Source: a virus (taxonomy: Duplodnaviria; Caudoviricetes). From it: DNA of 48,194 nt. Position numbers and translations under genes: made by a program. The stretch covers positions 1-48,194 of IMG/VR virus record IMGVR_UViG_3300020045_007472. One strand, written 5' to 3'. Below, in pieces: positions 33,234 to 42,859 of the stretch. Each line of letters opens with the position of its first letter. The stretch's first letter is position 1. The notes below the pieces were generated by a model that worked only from the letters and a program-made list of their open reading frames with translations, did no database searches and was not told the DNA's origin.

Positions 33234-35732
33234 TTATTCCCCCACATCCAGATCGAAGGTGAAGCCGACGATCCCGGCAGGGAGCGGATACTGCGTGGCG
33301 AAGCAGACTGTTGCGTCTTCGGCCCAACCGCCAGCGCCCCAGAGTTCATGCACCGTCATTTCCGTGAACATATCGAGCGGGTTGTCCCAGGCTTCATCGC
33401 GGCGCGAGGGCAGCTCTTGCAGGTCGGCGTAGCTTGAACCGACTGCCAAGCCCCTTGTGTTGAGCTGGCGAATAGCCAGCCCGCGAAGGCTCAGCGGGAA
33501 CCCCCCCAGGACGTAGTTCGGCAACGACAAAGGAAGCGTCTTTGCCTTGGCCGTATAGCCCAAGCCGACTAGCACATAGGCCGAGTCATTGACTAGCTCA
33601 ACCTTCCCCATTTCCACCACGAAGTCGGCGGCAGCATCGCCGTCGTTCATCACGCTGACCGTTTCGCCTTCAAGCCACCACAGTCCGGTTAGCTCCGTGA
33701 CCTTGGTATTGTAGCCCCAGTCGCCCTCGGCCAGTGTCACCGCGTTTTTCTTATACATCGTGCTGATGATGGGGAGGCGCATCACGGCAAGGTCAACGCT
33801 GCCGATGTTTACCGCTGTGATACGGAACATGCCGGTGGAGGCGTAGACGATCTGGTCAACAGCCGCCCAGCTAACATCAGTGGCCTCGAGACGCCAGGTT
33901 GCATCTTCATCGTCTTCGTCGCCAAAGCGGCGTAGCACGGCGGAGAAAGCGGGACGGAGCAACGGGCGTGAGACCCCCGCATCCACGTACCACATGCAGC
34001 TATAGCAGCTATCGTTTCGCGGCATCTCCCGCTCGATGAACATGACTTGCGTGTTCTGGATAGTGCGGCGCACGGATTGGTAGGCCAGGTTGTAGTTGTT
34101 CTCTTTGACCACCGTCAGGTTAAGATAATCGCCTTTCGTGCGGAACCTTGACCAGCCATAGACCTCGAGGTTGCGCTCGTAGGTCAATTCAACTCGCTGC
34201 CCATCGGCCCGTACGAAGTGGAGAAGTTTGTAGGGTTCAGCGGCCCACGCGACCTGGGTAGCCAGATTGGTAGGCCCGAACAGATGCGACGACAGGACCA
34301 GGATGTCCTGCATCTTGAAGCTATTCGTGTACTCGGTGTAGACCATCTGGTTGAGTTCAGTACCCAGTGAAGTCAGGAACAGCACGTCAAGGTTAATCGC
34401 GATCGGCTCGAGGTCGCTTACGCTGACGTAGCCCTGCGGCTCCGCAATGGCAGCGGTTGCCGAGATAGCGGTATTCTCGCCGCCGCGTATCTGACTAATT
34501 CCGTCGTCCGTGAAGAGCATCAGTCCATAACGCAGCGAAAGCATGTGCTTGATCGGGCGCTCACTCTCGGCGTCCAGCGTGTAGCTATAGCTATCTGTGG
34601 CAACGGGCGGGAAGGAAATGCTGAAGCGGCCCTTATCGTTTGCGATCGAGCCGACCACAGTCAGCGGATCGTTAGCCAGCCCCGCGTAAACTCCACGCTG
34701 CTGGAACCTCGTGTACACCGAAGGGAAGTTACTGCCCGCGAAGAAATTCAGCGCTTCTGGTATCGTCTTCGTGTAGTCTGGGGTGATGTTGCGATCTACA
34801 AAAGAGAGGCCGGTGGTGTAGCCGATGTATCCAAGCTGTGCCCCGGTTGGGTAGCTTGCAGTCGGGTAAACCAGCGAACGGTAAACGTTGTAACGCTCCG
34901 CGCCCGATACAGCACCCCAGGTCAACGTGAAGTGCCCAGTGGTCGTGGTGTAGTCTACGATGCTGAGGGTGACGAGGATTGTTGAAGCCGCGGACTCCAC
35001 CCCGTCAACTACCGCGGTTACAGCGAAGCCTACGCAGGCGCTGCCCGCGCCACTGGCGCTTCCGCCGACAGTTCCCGGCGCAGTTGGCAAGGTGTTTGCG
35101 AAGGTAGTGAGGGCCCAGCTTGCATCCGAGGTCCGCTTGATAAAGGTAGGCAAGCGAGTATCGCGTGTGCAGACGACCCGGTTAAGGTCCTGAGTTACCT
35201 TGAGTTCCGCCAGATCATCCGCGCTGAACGTCGTCGTGAGTTCGTAGACTGGCGCCCAGGTCACCGCACCATCTGGCACCGGCATCCCGATGGGGGAAGA
35301 GATCGTGAAAGTGCTGGCGTCACGAGCGTCTACGTTGAAGTAGCCCTTGACGTTATTCGGGCCTGATACCCAAACCAGCTGCCCCACAGTCATCGTATTA
35401 GCCGCGGTCACAACTCCCAAGGCCATCGTCCCCGCTGCGTCGACAGCCGAATGGACAAACCTCCCATCCTTCAGCACCCGAAACTTGTTCACCGTGAACA
35501 GCAGCACCAGGTCATAAAGCTTCGTGCGAAACCGCGCAAACTTGTGCGCTTGCTCCGGCAGCATCGCGATGAACTCAGTCCCGGTCCGGTTGAACAGCCC
35601 GCCGTGATAATCGACAAAGAAGTTTTCGACCTCGGCGAGGGAGAACGGATACTTTTGCAGGTCCAGGCGCCCGTAAAAAGCCGGAGAAACTTCCCCGGCG
35701 GTGAAGGCAAACATCTGGTTCTTAGTTGTCAT
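33234..35732 (-). CDS. Tail nozzle / tubular protein B
   Basis: FTAGEVSP...GRLDL..Y...ENF...GGL..R.GT N-terminus; FPS...FQQR motif; 832 aa, beta-rich. Confidence 0.9.
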   Translation of the reverse strand: MTTKNQMFAFTAGEVSPAFYGRLDLQKYPFSLAEVENFFVDYHGGLFNRTGTEFIAMLPEQAHKFARFRTKLYDLVLLFTVNKFRVLKDGRFVHSAVDAAGTMALGVVTAANTMTVGQLVWVSGPNNVKGYFNVDARDASTFTISSPIGMPVPDGAVTWAPVYELTTTFSADDLAELKVTQDLNRVVCTRDTRLPTFIKRTSDASWALTTFANTLPTAPGTVGGSASGAGSACVGFAVTAVVDGVESAASTILVTLSIVDYTTTTGHFTLTWGAVSGAERYNVYRSLVYPTASYPTGAQLGYIGYTTGLSFVDRNITPDYTKTIPEALNFFAGSNFPSVYTRFQQRGVYAGLANDPLTVVGSIANDKGRFSISFPPVATDSYSYTLDAESERPIKHMLSLRYGLMLFTDDGISQIRGGENTAISATAAIAEPQGYVSVSDLEPIAINLDVLFLTSLGTELNQMVYTEYTNSFKMQDILVLSSHLFGPTNLATQVAWAAEPYKLLHFVRADGQRVELTYERNLEVYGWSRFRTKGDYLNLTVVKENNYNLAYQSVRRTIQNTQVMFIEREMPRNDSCYSCMWYVDAGVSRPLLRPAFSAVLRRFGDEDDEDATWRLEATDVSWAAVDQIVYASTGMFRITAVNIGSVDLAVMRLPIISTMYKKNAVTLAEGDWGYNTKVTELTGLWWLEGETVSVMNDGDAAADFVVEMGKVELVNDSAYVLVGLGYTAKAKTLPLSLPNYVLGGFPLSLRGLAIRQLNTRGLAVGSSYADLQELPSRRDEAWDNPLDMFTEMTVHELWGAGGWAEDATVCFATQYPLPAGIVGFTFDLDVGE

Positions 35733-36400
35733 TTCACCAGCCCACTGACGCGGAAGGAGGAAGTCGGATAAACGAAGCGGACCTGATGGCCGGGGACAGC
35801 GAAACCTGTGCCAGCGTAGCTTGACGGGATCGCCTCGAAATAGGTATCATCCGAGTTAGCAGCATTCGTTGCCGCTTCCTTAATCATGTCCGAAACCTGT
35901 TCCTCGAGTTTTTGCGTAAGCGCCATCTTCCCATTCTTCGCCATGTTGATACAGGCTGCAAGGGCCCAGATCACACAGAGGTAAAGATCGGGGTCCCAAC
36001 GATTTGGTATCTCGTCGTCGCAGGTGTAGCAGAGGATGGGAGCTGGGTTGTTCGCGTTGAGCACTTTGTTGTTGCCAATTCGACCCAACTCAAACCGAGA
36101 GAAGTCATCGAGGTACTGCGGCTGGAGCATCCCGCTCGGCAGCCCAAACGCATAGAGGAAATCGGGGGAAGGGTTGCCTGTAACCCAGTCTTCGTTTTCA
36201 TCCCGCACAGCCGCCTGAGCAAGCCGGGAATGGAGCCGAAGGCACGGCCAGTGCGCTGCGGTGAACACCGCTTTCCGCGCAACGGGAAACCAAAGATTAA
36301 GCAGCTCGGTCGAACGCGTCACCTTGCCAGGGTCCGTGACATCAGGTGCGCTTCCGACTGCAGACAGGGCTTGGTTGTACAGATTGCGGAGGTCTTGCAT
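35729..36400 (-). CDS. Head-tail adaptor / tubular protein A
   Basis: YNQALSAVG, HWPC and FLYAFGLP motifs; synteny. Confidence 0.8.
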   Translation of the reverse strand: MQDLRNLYNQALSAVGSAPDVTDPGKVTRSTELLNLWFPVARKAVFTAAHWPCLRLHSRLAQAAVRDENEDWVTGNPSPDFLYAFGLPSGMLQPQYLDDFSRFELGRIGNNKVLNANNPAPILCYTCDDEIPNRWDPDLYLCVIWALAACINMAKNGKMALTQKLEEQVSDMIKEAATNAANSDDTYFEAIPSSYAGTGFAVPGHQVRFVYPTSSFRVSGLVK

Positions 36401-36456
36401 GGCCTTGCCCCTTTAAGCGAGGTTGGCGGGGAAGGTTACTCCCCCGCCCTTAGAGC

Positions 36457-36726
36457 TTATTCGTCCTCAGGCTCAGCTTCTACCTTGGCAGGAGCCGGAG
36501 TCGAGAGACGCTTGGCCGAGGAAGGCACAGCCCTTTCATCCAAAGCAACAACGCCCGGCGGATGAAGCCGACCGTCGGCGTCCAGGTGCGGACGAATTAG
36601 CCGCACCCAAACTTTGCCCGGAATTACAGGACGGCCAGCCACCGCTTTGTCTTCCGAGGCCTCGGCAGCTTGACGTTCTGCCGCGGTCTTGGCGATTTGC
36701 GAAACGAGGGTGGTTGCCTTTGCCAT
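36457..36726 (-). CDS. Small head-associated hypothetical protein, 89 aa
   Basis: Position in the head operon; typical codon usage. Confidence 0.7.
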   Translation of the reverse strand: MAKATTLVSQIAKTAAERQAAEASEDKAVAGRPVIPGKVWVRLIRPHLDADGRLHPPGVVALDERAVPSSAKRLSTPAPAKVEAEPEDE

Positions 36727-36729
36727 GAC

Positions 36730-37176
36730 TTACTGGTTCCCCTGTGCCGGGTAGCCGCGCCAGCGACGCTTATCCCCGACGTACTCGATGGAGAGGGTGC
36801 CGGCAGTAAACACCTGGGTGCCGACAACCGCGCGCCAAGCGACGTACCGTTCCCAGAGGTCAGTGTCCGGGATCGGAACGAACTCCATGTACTCAGCAAG
36901 GTTCGCCACGGTCTTGACGCCCGAGGACCACAAGACGACGGCGGAGCCGAGGGTCGAGTCGCTGTCCGTCACCAGCTGAAGGTTCAGCGTAGCTGTGTCG
37001 GCAGCGGAGTCGGCGCCAAGCGCAAGCAGGGAGTAGCCAGGCCCGTAAGGCTTGGCAAGCAGCCCCTGGTTTCGGTCAGCGCCCCAGTCCATGATTTCCC
37101 CAATCACCTGAGTGGTGACGGTGAAGGTGGACAGTGCCTTCCCGATTGCCGGGGATAGAAGTTTGTCGATGATCAT
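36730..37176 (-). CDS. Capsid cement/decoration protein (BPP-1 Bbp16-like)
   Basis: MIIDKLL start, 148-aa beta-rich protein with FTAGTL motif, directly after the major capsid gene. Confidence 0.8.
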   Translation of the reverse strand: MIIDKLLSPAIGKALSTFTVTTQVIGEIMDWGADRNQGLLAKPYGPGYSLLALGADSAADTATLNLQLVTDSDSTLGSAVVLWSSGVKTVANLAEYMEFVPIPDTDLWERYVAWRAVVGTQVFTAGTLSIEYVGDKRRWRGYPAQGNQ

Positions 37177-37188
37177 AGCGAGGGCTCC

Positions 37189-38220
37189 TTACAGCACACG
37201 GGCTTCGTCAGCGCGCATCACGTCCATGCGCCGGATCGGAACATCCTGGAAGGAGTCCACTTTCTTCCCGCCGACTTCCATCATCTGGAGCGTCGAGTTC
37301 TTGACGACATTCGGCAATTGTTGCCGCAGTTTCGTCTTGATCGAGCGATCCATGTAGAACACCGGACGGCAGTTCTCCATCGACGGGAGGTACTCCATCG
37401 CCTCGAACATGAGGTTAGGGAGGTTCGCGCCGGTGTAGCCGGTGATGGTCGGGTCGGCACCGAGCAGGCTCCGGTCGATGTTCGCGATGCGGACAACGTA
37501 GCGGTAGTCCTGGACGACGAGGCCAAGGTCCCAACGGTAGTGGGTCGAGTAGCCTTGGTAGTAGCCGTTCTCGGTACCATCGGCAGTCTTAGCAATGAGC
37601 TTTTGCTCGCCGAGGTCTTTCACGGACAACCCTGCTTTCGACCCCTTGGGGAAGATGCCGTAGACAGTGTTGGGTGCCCAACCGACCAGCAAGATGCTGG
37701 CGTTGTCGGTGCTTGTGCCGAGAGCGTCGATGATCTGTTCGCCCACGCCGGACGACCCAGGGGTCACGTTAAAGTGTGCCATGAAGCCGGTGATGGCCTC
37801 TGGGTTGCTCTCTTCACTTTCGTACACGAGGGAGTTTGCAACCTTCTGGTTGAAGCCCTCGATGTGCGCGGCGTCTTCCTGCAGACGGAACCGCGTGGTG
37901 TTCCCGTTAAGGTCGGCGAGCGCCTTGTCGATTTCCGAGTAGTCCTCGAGCATTCCACAGCTTGCGGTGACTTGTGCACGAGTGGACTTGGTCGGCTGGA
38001 CGCCTTGGTAGAAACGGCGCCAGGTCGGGGATGGCAGGCCAGTCCGCACAGTGAAGCGGTGGCCGGTCACGAGGTTGCCCTCCATGAAGGTCATGTCTTC
38101 ATAGAGTTGGTTGGTCTGAGACAGCAGTTCACCGAGGTCGGTCACGGCGTCGTCTGGCCCCAGGGCCTGGAGGAAGTCGTGGAACGTCGGGTTGAAGGGA
38201 ACGTCGGGGAAGAACGACAT
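37189..38220 (-). CDS. Major capsid protein (BPP-1 Bbp17-like, HK97 fold)
   Basis: RTGLPSPTWR, SEIDKALADLNGN and WDLGLVVQDYRYVVRIANID motifs; AAGGAG RBS. Confidence 0.93.
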   Translation of the reverse strand: MSFFPDVPFNPTFHDFLQALGPDDAVTDLGELLSQTNQLYEDMTFMEGNLVTGHRFTVRTGLPSPTWRRFYQGVQPTKSTRAQVTASCGMLEDYSEIDKALADLNGNTTRFRLQEDAAHIEGFNQKVANSLVYESEESNPEAITGFMAHFNVTPGSSGVGEQIIDALGTSTDNASILLVGWAPNTVYGIFPKGSKAGLSVKDLGEQKLIAKTADGTENGYYQGYSTHYRWDLGLVVQDYRYVVRIANIDRSLLGADPTITGYTGANLPNLMFEAMEYLPSMENCRPVFYMDRSIKTKLRQQLPNVVKNSTLQMMEVGGKKVDSFQDVPIRRMDVMRADEARVL

Positions 38221-38223
38221 CCT

Positions 38224-38961
38224 TTACTCCTTGGGTTGGGTTGAGGTGTAGATATTGGCACCGAGTTCACGCGATGCCACGGGCTTTCCAGTTCCGCCCA
38301 CAGCGCCACCTTCGATAAAGGGTTTGCTGAGCCGGTGAAGAACCTGCATCACTGCAGGATGGTTTCCGGCGCCGGTGAGGTCCATTGCCTGGAAAAACTT
38401 TTCGTCAGCGCCGACAGCCTTGAGTGCTTGCAGCACCTTCCCCGCCTCGGCATCGGGGTTTGCTTTGAACTCGGGGAGGTCCTTGATCTGACCACGCCAC
38501 TCATCATTCATCTTGGTCCAGGTCTCGCGAGCCTGGGTTTGCATCGCTTCGGTTGCCTGTGTTTGCAGGTCGCCCAGGGCTTTGACGTGGAGGTCGAGAA
38601 GCTGCTGCCCGCGCTCCTGCGGTGACAGCTCCGCGTTGTTGAAGATGTCACCGAAAGCCTTGCCAACTTCCTCGTCCAGCGTCGCACCCTCGGGCAGCTT
38701 AATCGCCGCAAGGTCGAACGTCGCAGGCGCCTCACCTTCAGCTTTCGCTTCGCCCTCTGCTGCCGCTGCTGCTGGTTTAGCCGCCTCGCTTAGGAACGTA
38801 GAAGCGGGGGCGTCCCCTTCAGCGCCAGCCACGCCTTCCGGGGACGCCACTACACCATCGCCAGCCGCCGCATCAGCGACAATGGCTCCGCCACCATCAG
38901 CCCCGTCCGCAGCGCGGAGGAGACCGAACCAGTTCCGTTCAAAGGAGGTAAGCTTATTCAT
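38224..38961 (-). CDS. Head scaffolding protein
   Basis: Low-complexity acidic N-terminus, TGAGNHPAV motif, upstream of the capsid gene; start taken at ATG 38961. Confidence 0.8.
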   Translation of the reverse strand: MNKLTSFERNWFGLLRAADGADGGGAIVADAAAGDGVVASPEGVAGAEGDAPASTFLSEAAKPAAAAAEGEAKAEGEAPATFDLAAIKLPEGATLDEEVGKAFGDIFNNAELSPQERGQQLLDLHVKALGDLQTQATEAMQTQARETWTKMNDEWRGQIKDLPEFKANPDAEAGKVLQALKAVGADEKFFQAMDLTGAGNHPAVMQVLHRLSKPFIEGGAVGGTGKPVASRELGANIYTSTQPKE

Positions 38962-39244
38962 CTGCGGTGAGCTCCTCAAGCATAAGCGTTGGGACCAGGC
39001 TGGGTTCCACGCTGGTTAAGATGGAGGCGAACTCGAGGCCAGCGGCCTGGACGCCCTGATTATACGCATTCTGTACCGGGTTCAGGTCGAACACAGCAGC
39101 AGGGGGCAACACGTTGCAGAAGCCAAGGAAGTGCCGGACAAGAGCTTTGAGGCTCTCATCTGACTGGATAAGGCGAACGGCAAACTCGAGCTGCGCTGCG
39201 AGGTCCGCCACCTTGTCCTTATCCTTGGTTGAGTCTTCAGCCAT
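38954..39244 (-). CDS. Conserved head-module protein (Bbp19-like position)
   Basis: AYNQGVQAAG motif; between portal and scaffold genes. Confidence 0.7.
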   Translation of the reverse strand: MAEDSTKDKDKVADLAAQLEFAVRLIQSDESLKALVRHFLGFCNVLPPAAVFDLNPVQNAYNQGVQAAGLEFASILTSVEPSLVPTLMLEELTADE

Positions 39245-39267
39245 ACGTATCGCCCCTTGCTCCGATT

Positions 39268-39296
39268 ACCTTACCATGCGCCCGACCCCCAGTCAA
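39268..39296 (-). promoter_or_regulatory. Sigma70-like late promoter for the head and tail genes
   Basis: TTGACT, 17-bp spacer, TG-n-TAAGGT in the 55-bp gap after the portal gene. Confidence 0.6.
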
Positions 39297-39299
39297 CCG

Positions 39300-40970
39300 C
39301 TACCCGCCGAGCAACGATTGAACCGCATTCAACCCTCCGCCTACATCGACCTGGCCCAGGCTTCCAGCCGCGCTACCAAAGTTCTTCGCGACCTCGGAGG
39401 TCTGCATGAGTTCCTGCATCTGTGCTTCGGGCGCCACAGCCTGCTGCACCTGCTCGTCCACGCGAAGAACAGTCGGGCGAACGCCCAAGCCTTCGGCGTA
39501 CTGCTTGATGACATCAAGGATGTCAACCTTCGGCTGGGCCTCGGGCCAGGTCGGAACCAGCTGTCCAACAAAGGCGCTGAAGCGCTCGAGCGTCGCAACG
39601 TCCGAGGCCTTCTGAACGTCAGAGAGTATGTTGGAGAACTGGATTTCAGCGCCCTCGCCCTCGGGCAACTCAGGTAGCAGACCCTTGCGGCTCATGATCC
39701 CGTACATCCGCTTCACGATGACACCGATGTCTTCGAGGTAGCTCCGGTGGAGTACCGGTCCCAGGACCACCATCTTCTCCTCACGCCGAGCGTCGATCTC
39801 GGTCGCCGAACGCACGGTGTCGAGCTGCGAAATCATGTCGAAGAGGTAGTTGTAGAGGCCGTCCTTGATCGCCTGGACGATCCGCTGTCGCTTTATCTCG
39901 AGTTCCTGGAACGGCATCTGCACTTGGTACAGCGGACGAGCGCCACCGTCCGCACGGAGGTTAGCGGTGTAGGTGATGCCGTTGGCCTGGAACGCCTTGG
40001 GCCGATTGCGCAGGCTTACGTCTGCGAGCATCGGGGGCGACAAAAGCTTGTCTAGGCCCTGGTCCGACTTGTACTCGAGGTTCTGCAGCTGCACCGCTTT
40101 ACCGAGGACCGACAGAGTCGGGGGAACGCCGTAGGTGCAGTTGTCGGGACAAGACCAACGGAACACGGCCACAGGCCACTCGTAAAGAGGGCGCTTCGCT
40201 AGGTATGGCGGCGCACCGCTGATAGTGCCGGAGAACCAGTAGAGCTCACGGAAAGGATGGCCGCTGCCTAGCATGTCATCGTCGTTCGCCTCGATCAGGT
40301 GCGATACGACATAAGCCGTGCGGGCCTGAGCACCGCCCTTTTTCGCGCGCTCCACGATGTCCTTGGTCAGGGCGGCTTCGCCAAACTCTTTTAGCAGGTC
40401 TGTCGCCGTCATACGAAACTCGCGGCAGAACTTGGTAACTTGGTTCGAGGAGTCGGTGACGAGGTAATAGGACCCAGGGGGGCAGATGGTAAACTTGGCG
40501 ATGTAATCACGGTCTTCGTAGCACAGCACGGCGCTCGTGCCGATACCACATCCGTCATAAACCTGCTCAGCCCGAGTGTCGTAGTAGTTGGTCCCTGCCA
40601 GCGCCTCGAGGATTTTTGTCCTGATTTGCGAGTGAACGACACTCTCGCCTTTATCCCCTTGCTCATAGGGCTTGGTCCCAGGCGCTTTGATGTTGATCCA
40701 CTTTCGCGCTGGCGAAGTAACGCCGTTCATGAATCCTGCGCTCAGCACCAACAACGCAAGCGCGGGCTCCCCGTCCAGCATGTTCGGGTTCGCGATCTTG
40801 TCCGGCTCCTTCGGAGTAAGCACCCCCGTGCTAACCAAGTTGTTGTAGAGGAACGGGTAGAAGCCCTCGTTGAGCTTCCGCCAAACGTGGACCCACTTGG
40901 CCTGCTCGGCTTTCGCGGTCGTTAGCGTGTCCCGGCTGACCTTGATTGAAAGTGCGTCCTGGTTTTCCAT
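39300..40970 (-). CDS. Portal (head-to-tail connector) protein
   Basis: 556 aa; GVTSPARKW and RSATEIDARREEKMVVLGPVL motifs. Confidence 0.93.
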   Translation of the reverse strand: MENQDALSIKVSRDTLTTAKAEQAKWVHVWRKLNEGFYPFLYNNLVSTGVLTPKEPDKIANPNMLDGEPALALLVLSAGFMNGVTSPARKWINIKAPGTKPYEQGDKGESVVHSQIRTKILEALAGTNYYDTRAEQVYDGCGIGTSAVLCYEDRDYIAKFTICPPGSYYLVTDSSNQVTKFCREFRMTATDLLKEFGEAALTKDIVERAKKGGAQARTAYVVSHLIEANDDDMLGSGHPFRELYWFSGTISGAPPYLAKRPLYEWPVAVFRWSCPDNCTYGVPPTLSVLGKAVQLQNLEYKSDQGLDKLLSPPMLADVSLRNRPKAFQANGITYTANLRADGGARPLYQVQMPFQELEIKRQRIVQAIKDGLYNYLFDMISQLDTVRSATEIDARREEKMVVLGPVLHRSYLEDIGVIVKRMYGIMSRKGLLPELPEGEGAEIQFSNILSDVQKASDVATLERFSAFVGQLVPTWPEAQPKVDILDVIKQYAEGLGVRPTVLRVDEQVQQAVAPEAQMQELMQTSEVAKNFGSAAGSLGQVDVGGGLNAVQSLLGG

Positions 40971-40972
40971 TC

Positions 40973-41275
40973 TTACATCATCCCGGAGATAAAGCTTTTA
41001 ACGGAAGGGACAGCAGCGGGCTTGGCCGCTGACGTACCTTGCCGCTGCGTTGTGGTTCCCATACCCATCGTGCCGAAGAGGGCCGCCAGCATCGGACTGG
41101 CTGCGCCTCCAGCGCGACCGGGCTGCCCTTGGGTTTGTGTAGGCGTTTGCCCTAGCCCTCTAAACATCTTACCCAAGAACGAGTTACCTTGCACCGCGCC
41201 TTGGTCGCCGTAAAAGCTGGCGACGGTGGACGCGTAGGGCAGGTTAATTGGGGCGGGCGCTTTAGGTTTTCTCAT
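40973..41275 (-). CDS. Hypothetical virion protein, 100 aa
   Basis: Between terminase and portal genes; ATGA coupling. Confidence 0.65.
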   Translation of the reverse strand: MRKPKAPAPINLPYASTVASFYGDQGAVQGNSFLGKMFRGLGQTPTQTQGQPGRAGGAASPMLAALFGTMGMGTTTQRQGTSAAKPAAVPSVKSFISGMM

Positions 41276-42855
41276 TTTGTCACCTGGAGTGGGTTAAACC
41301 TGGTTGAAGTAACTGCTTTGTAGGGGTTGACCTCGGCGTAGCTTTCGCCCTCGGTCTCGTCTTCTTCACGGTTGGGCATTGCAAAAGCCTCCTCGAGATA
41401 GGGGTAGGCGAAAGTTATCGCGAGAGCGTCTGCGTCGTCTGGCGAAATCCCAAGGCGACGACGAAGGTCTTTCTTGCTCTCCAGCTGAAGCTTGACGTCT
41501 CCCTGATAAGTGTAGGTCGGCGCGGTGAGTTGAGCAGACAGACCCTTGCCCTCGGCCCGAGGGTCATCAGCAGGGAGACAGCCACCCTTCTTGATCCAGT
41601 CCCTCGCTCGCCCATACATTTCGGCCCGCTTGTTTAAGTACCGTTCCTGGCTATCATTATCCGGGGAAGACGAAAAGTCAACCGAATAAACGTTGATGCC
41701 CATCAGCTCGAGCTGGTCGTACACGCCGCCACCGATACCTCCGGTATCAACTACCATAGCGGCGCAGTTATTCCGCATGTATTGCTCGAACGCCCAGCGA
41801 GCGACCGCAACGGTGTTCTGCCCGTTCACGCTGACCCAGGGCCTTGAAGCAGCGTCGCGTCCTTGCCGGAAGCAGATGACGGAGTTGTCTGGGCCGAAGC
41901 GAGCTACGTCAAGGCCCCCGATGACTGGGGCGAAGTCCTGGCCCTCTGGCTTGCGCTCCTGCGCCGCTGCCACGTCATCCATCGAGATAAAGGACACAGC
42001 GTCGGTGCGAGGGAAGACCCCGCGGACACGGACGCGAACGAAGTCGTGGTCCTCGCCGTAGTCATCGACCCAGGCTTGCAGCTGAAGTTTGTTGGAAATC
42101 TTGACCGTGCGCGAGTCGATGGCGCGGGAGTTCCAGCGGTGGGCGAAGCGCCCGCCTGGAAAGCAATCGCGAAAGCGTCCGCTGTTCTTGGTCGGGTTCC
42201 CGAAGACGAGCCAGATGATCTGAGTGTCCTTGTCGGTCAGGGCACCTTCGGTCACTTCCCAGATCAGGTCCGCGATGGCGGACGCCTCGTCGAAGATGAT
42301 GAGGATGCGGCGACCGTTGTTGTGGAGACCGGCAAAGGCTTCGGTGTTCTTCTCGCTCCACGGGACCATGTCGATACGCCAGGTCTTCTCATGCAGCGGG
42401 TCGATCGAAAACCTTGCGGTCGCGGTCATTTTGAAGAGGGACTGGCTGATCGAGAGGCGATGCCACTTAGCAAGCTCGGCCCAAGTCTTTGTCTTCAGCT
42501 GATTTTCCGTGTTCGCGGTGACAACGCCCTTGCAATCGACCTCGGTGGACATGGCCCAGTCGATGATCCAGGCGACGAGGGCGGACTTGCCAATACCGTG
42601 GCCGGAGGTTGTCGCCTCCATCACCGGCTTAGTCTCGCTCTCAACGCCGTACTTATGCGCCTCTGCTATCGCCTCATCGACAGTCGTTACGCCGTCCCGG
42701 ATGCGGCAGAGAAGCTCAACTTGCCACTCGTCCGGCCCATCGTATTTGGCCAGCTCGCCCACACCCCATTCATACGCCCCTAACACAAAGGCGTAGGGGT
42801 CATTACGAACGCTGGCAAGCCAATCTGCTAATTGTTCGAGCTCTTGTTCTTGCAT
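41272..42855 (-). CDS. terL: Terminase large subunit
   Basis: SGHGIGKS Walker A, IIFDEAS Walker B, GNPT, GLDVARFG and SPDDADAL motifs; start taken at ATG 42855. Confidence 0.95.
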   Translation of the reverse strand: MQEQELEQLADWLASVRNDPYAFVLGAYEWGVGELAKYDGPDEWQVELLCRIRDGVTTVDEAIAEAHKYGVESETKPVMEATTSGHGIGKSALVAWIIDWAMSTEVDCKGVVTANTENQLKTKTWAELAKWHRLSISQSLFKMTATARFSIDPLHEKTWRIDMVPWSEKNTEAFAGLHNNGRRILIIFDEASAIADLIWEVTEGALTDKDTQIIWLVFGNPTKNSGRFRDCFPGGRFAHRWNSRAIDSRTVKISNKLQLQAWVDDYGEDHDFVRVRVRGVFPRTDAVSFISMDDVAAAQERKPEGQDFAPVIGGLDVARFGPDNSVICFRQGRDAASRPWVSVNGQNTVAVARWAFEQYMRNNCAAMVVDTGGIGGGVYDQLELMGINVYSVDFSSSPDNDSQERYLNKRAEMYGRARDWIKKGGCLPADDPRAEGKGLSAQLTAPTYTYQGDVKLQLESKKDLRRRLGISPDDADALAITFAYPYLEEAFAMPNREEDETEGESYAEVNPYKAVTSTRFNPLQVTK

Positions 42856-42859
42856 TATG

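Noticed and set aside
37318-42783. Long + strand ORFs of 308 aa (37318-38244) and 306 aa (41863-42783)
   Set aside because: They are antisense shadows of the capsid and terminase genes caused by GC-rich codon bias, with no RBS or recognisable motifs.
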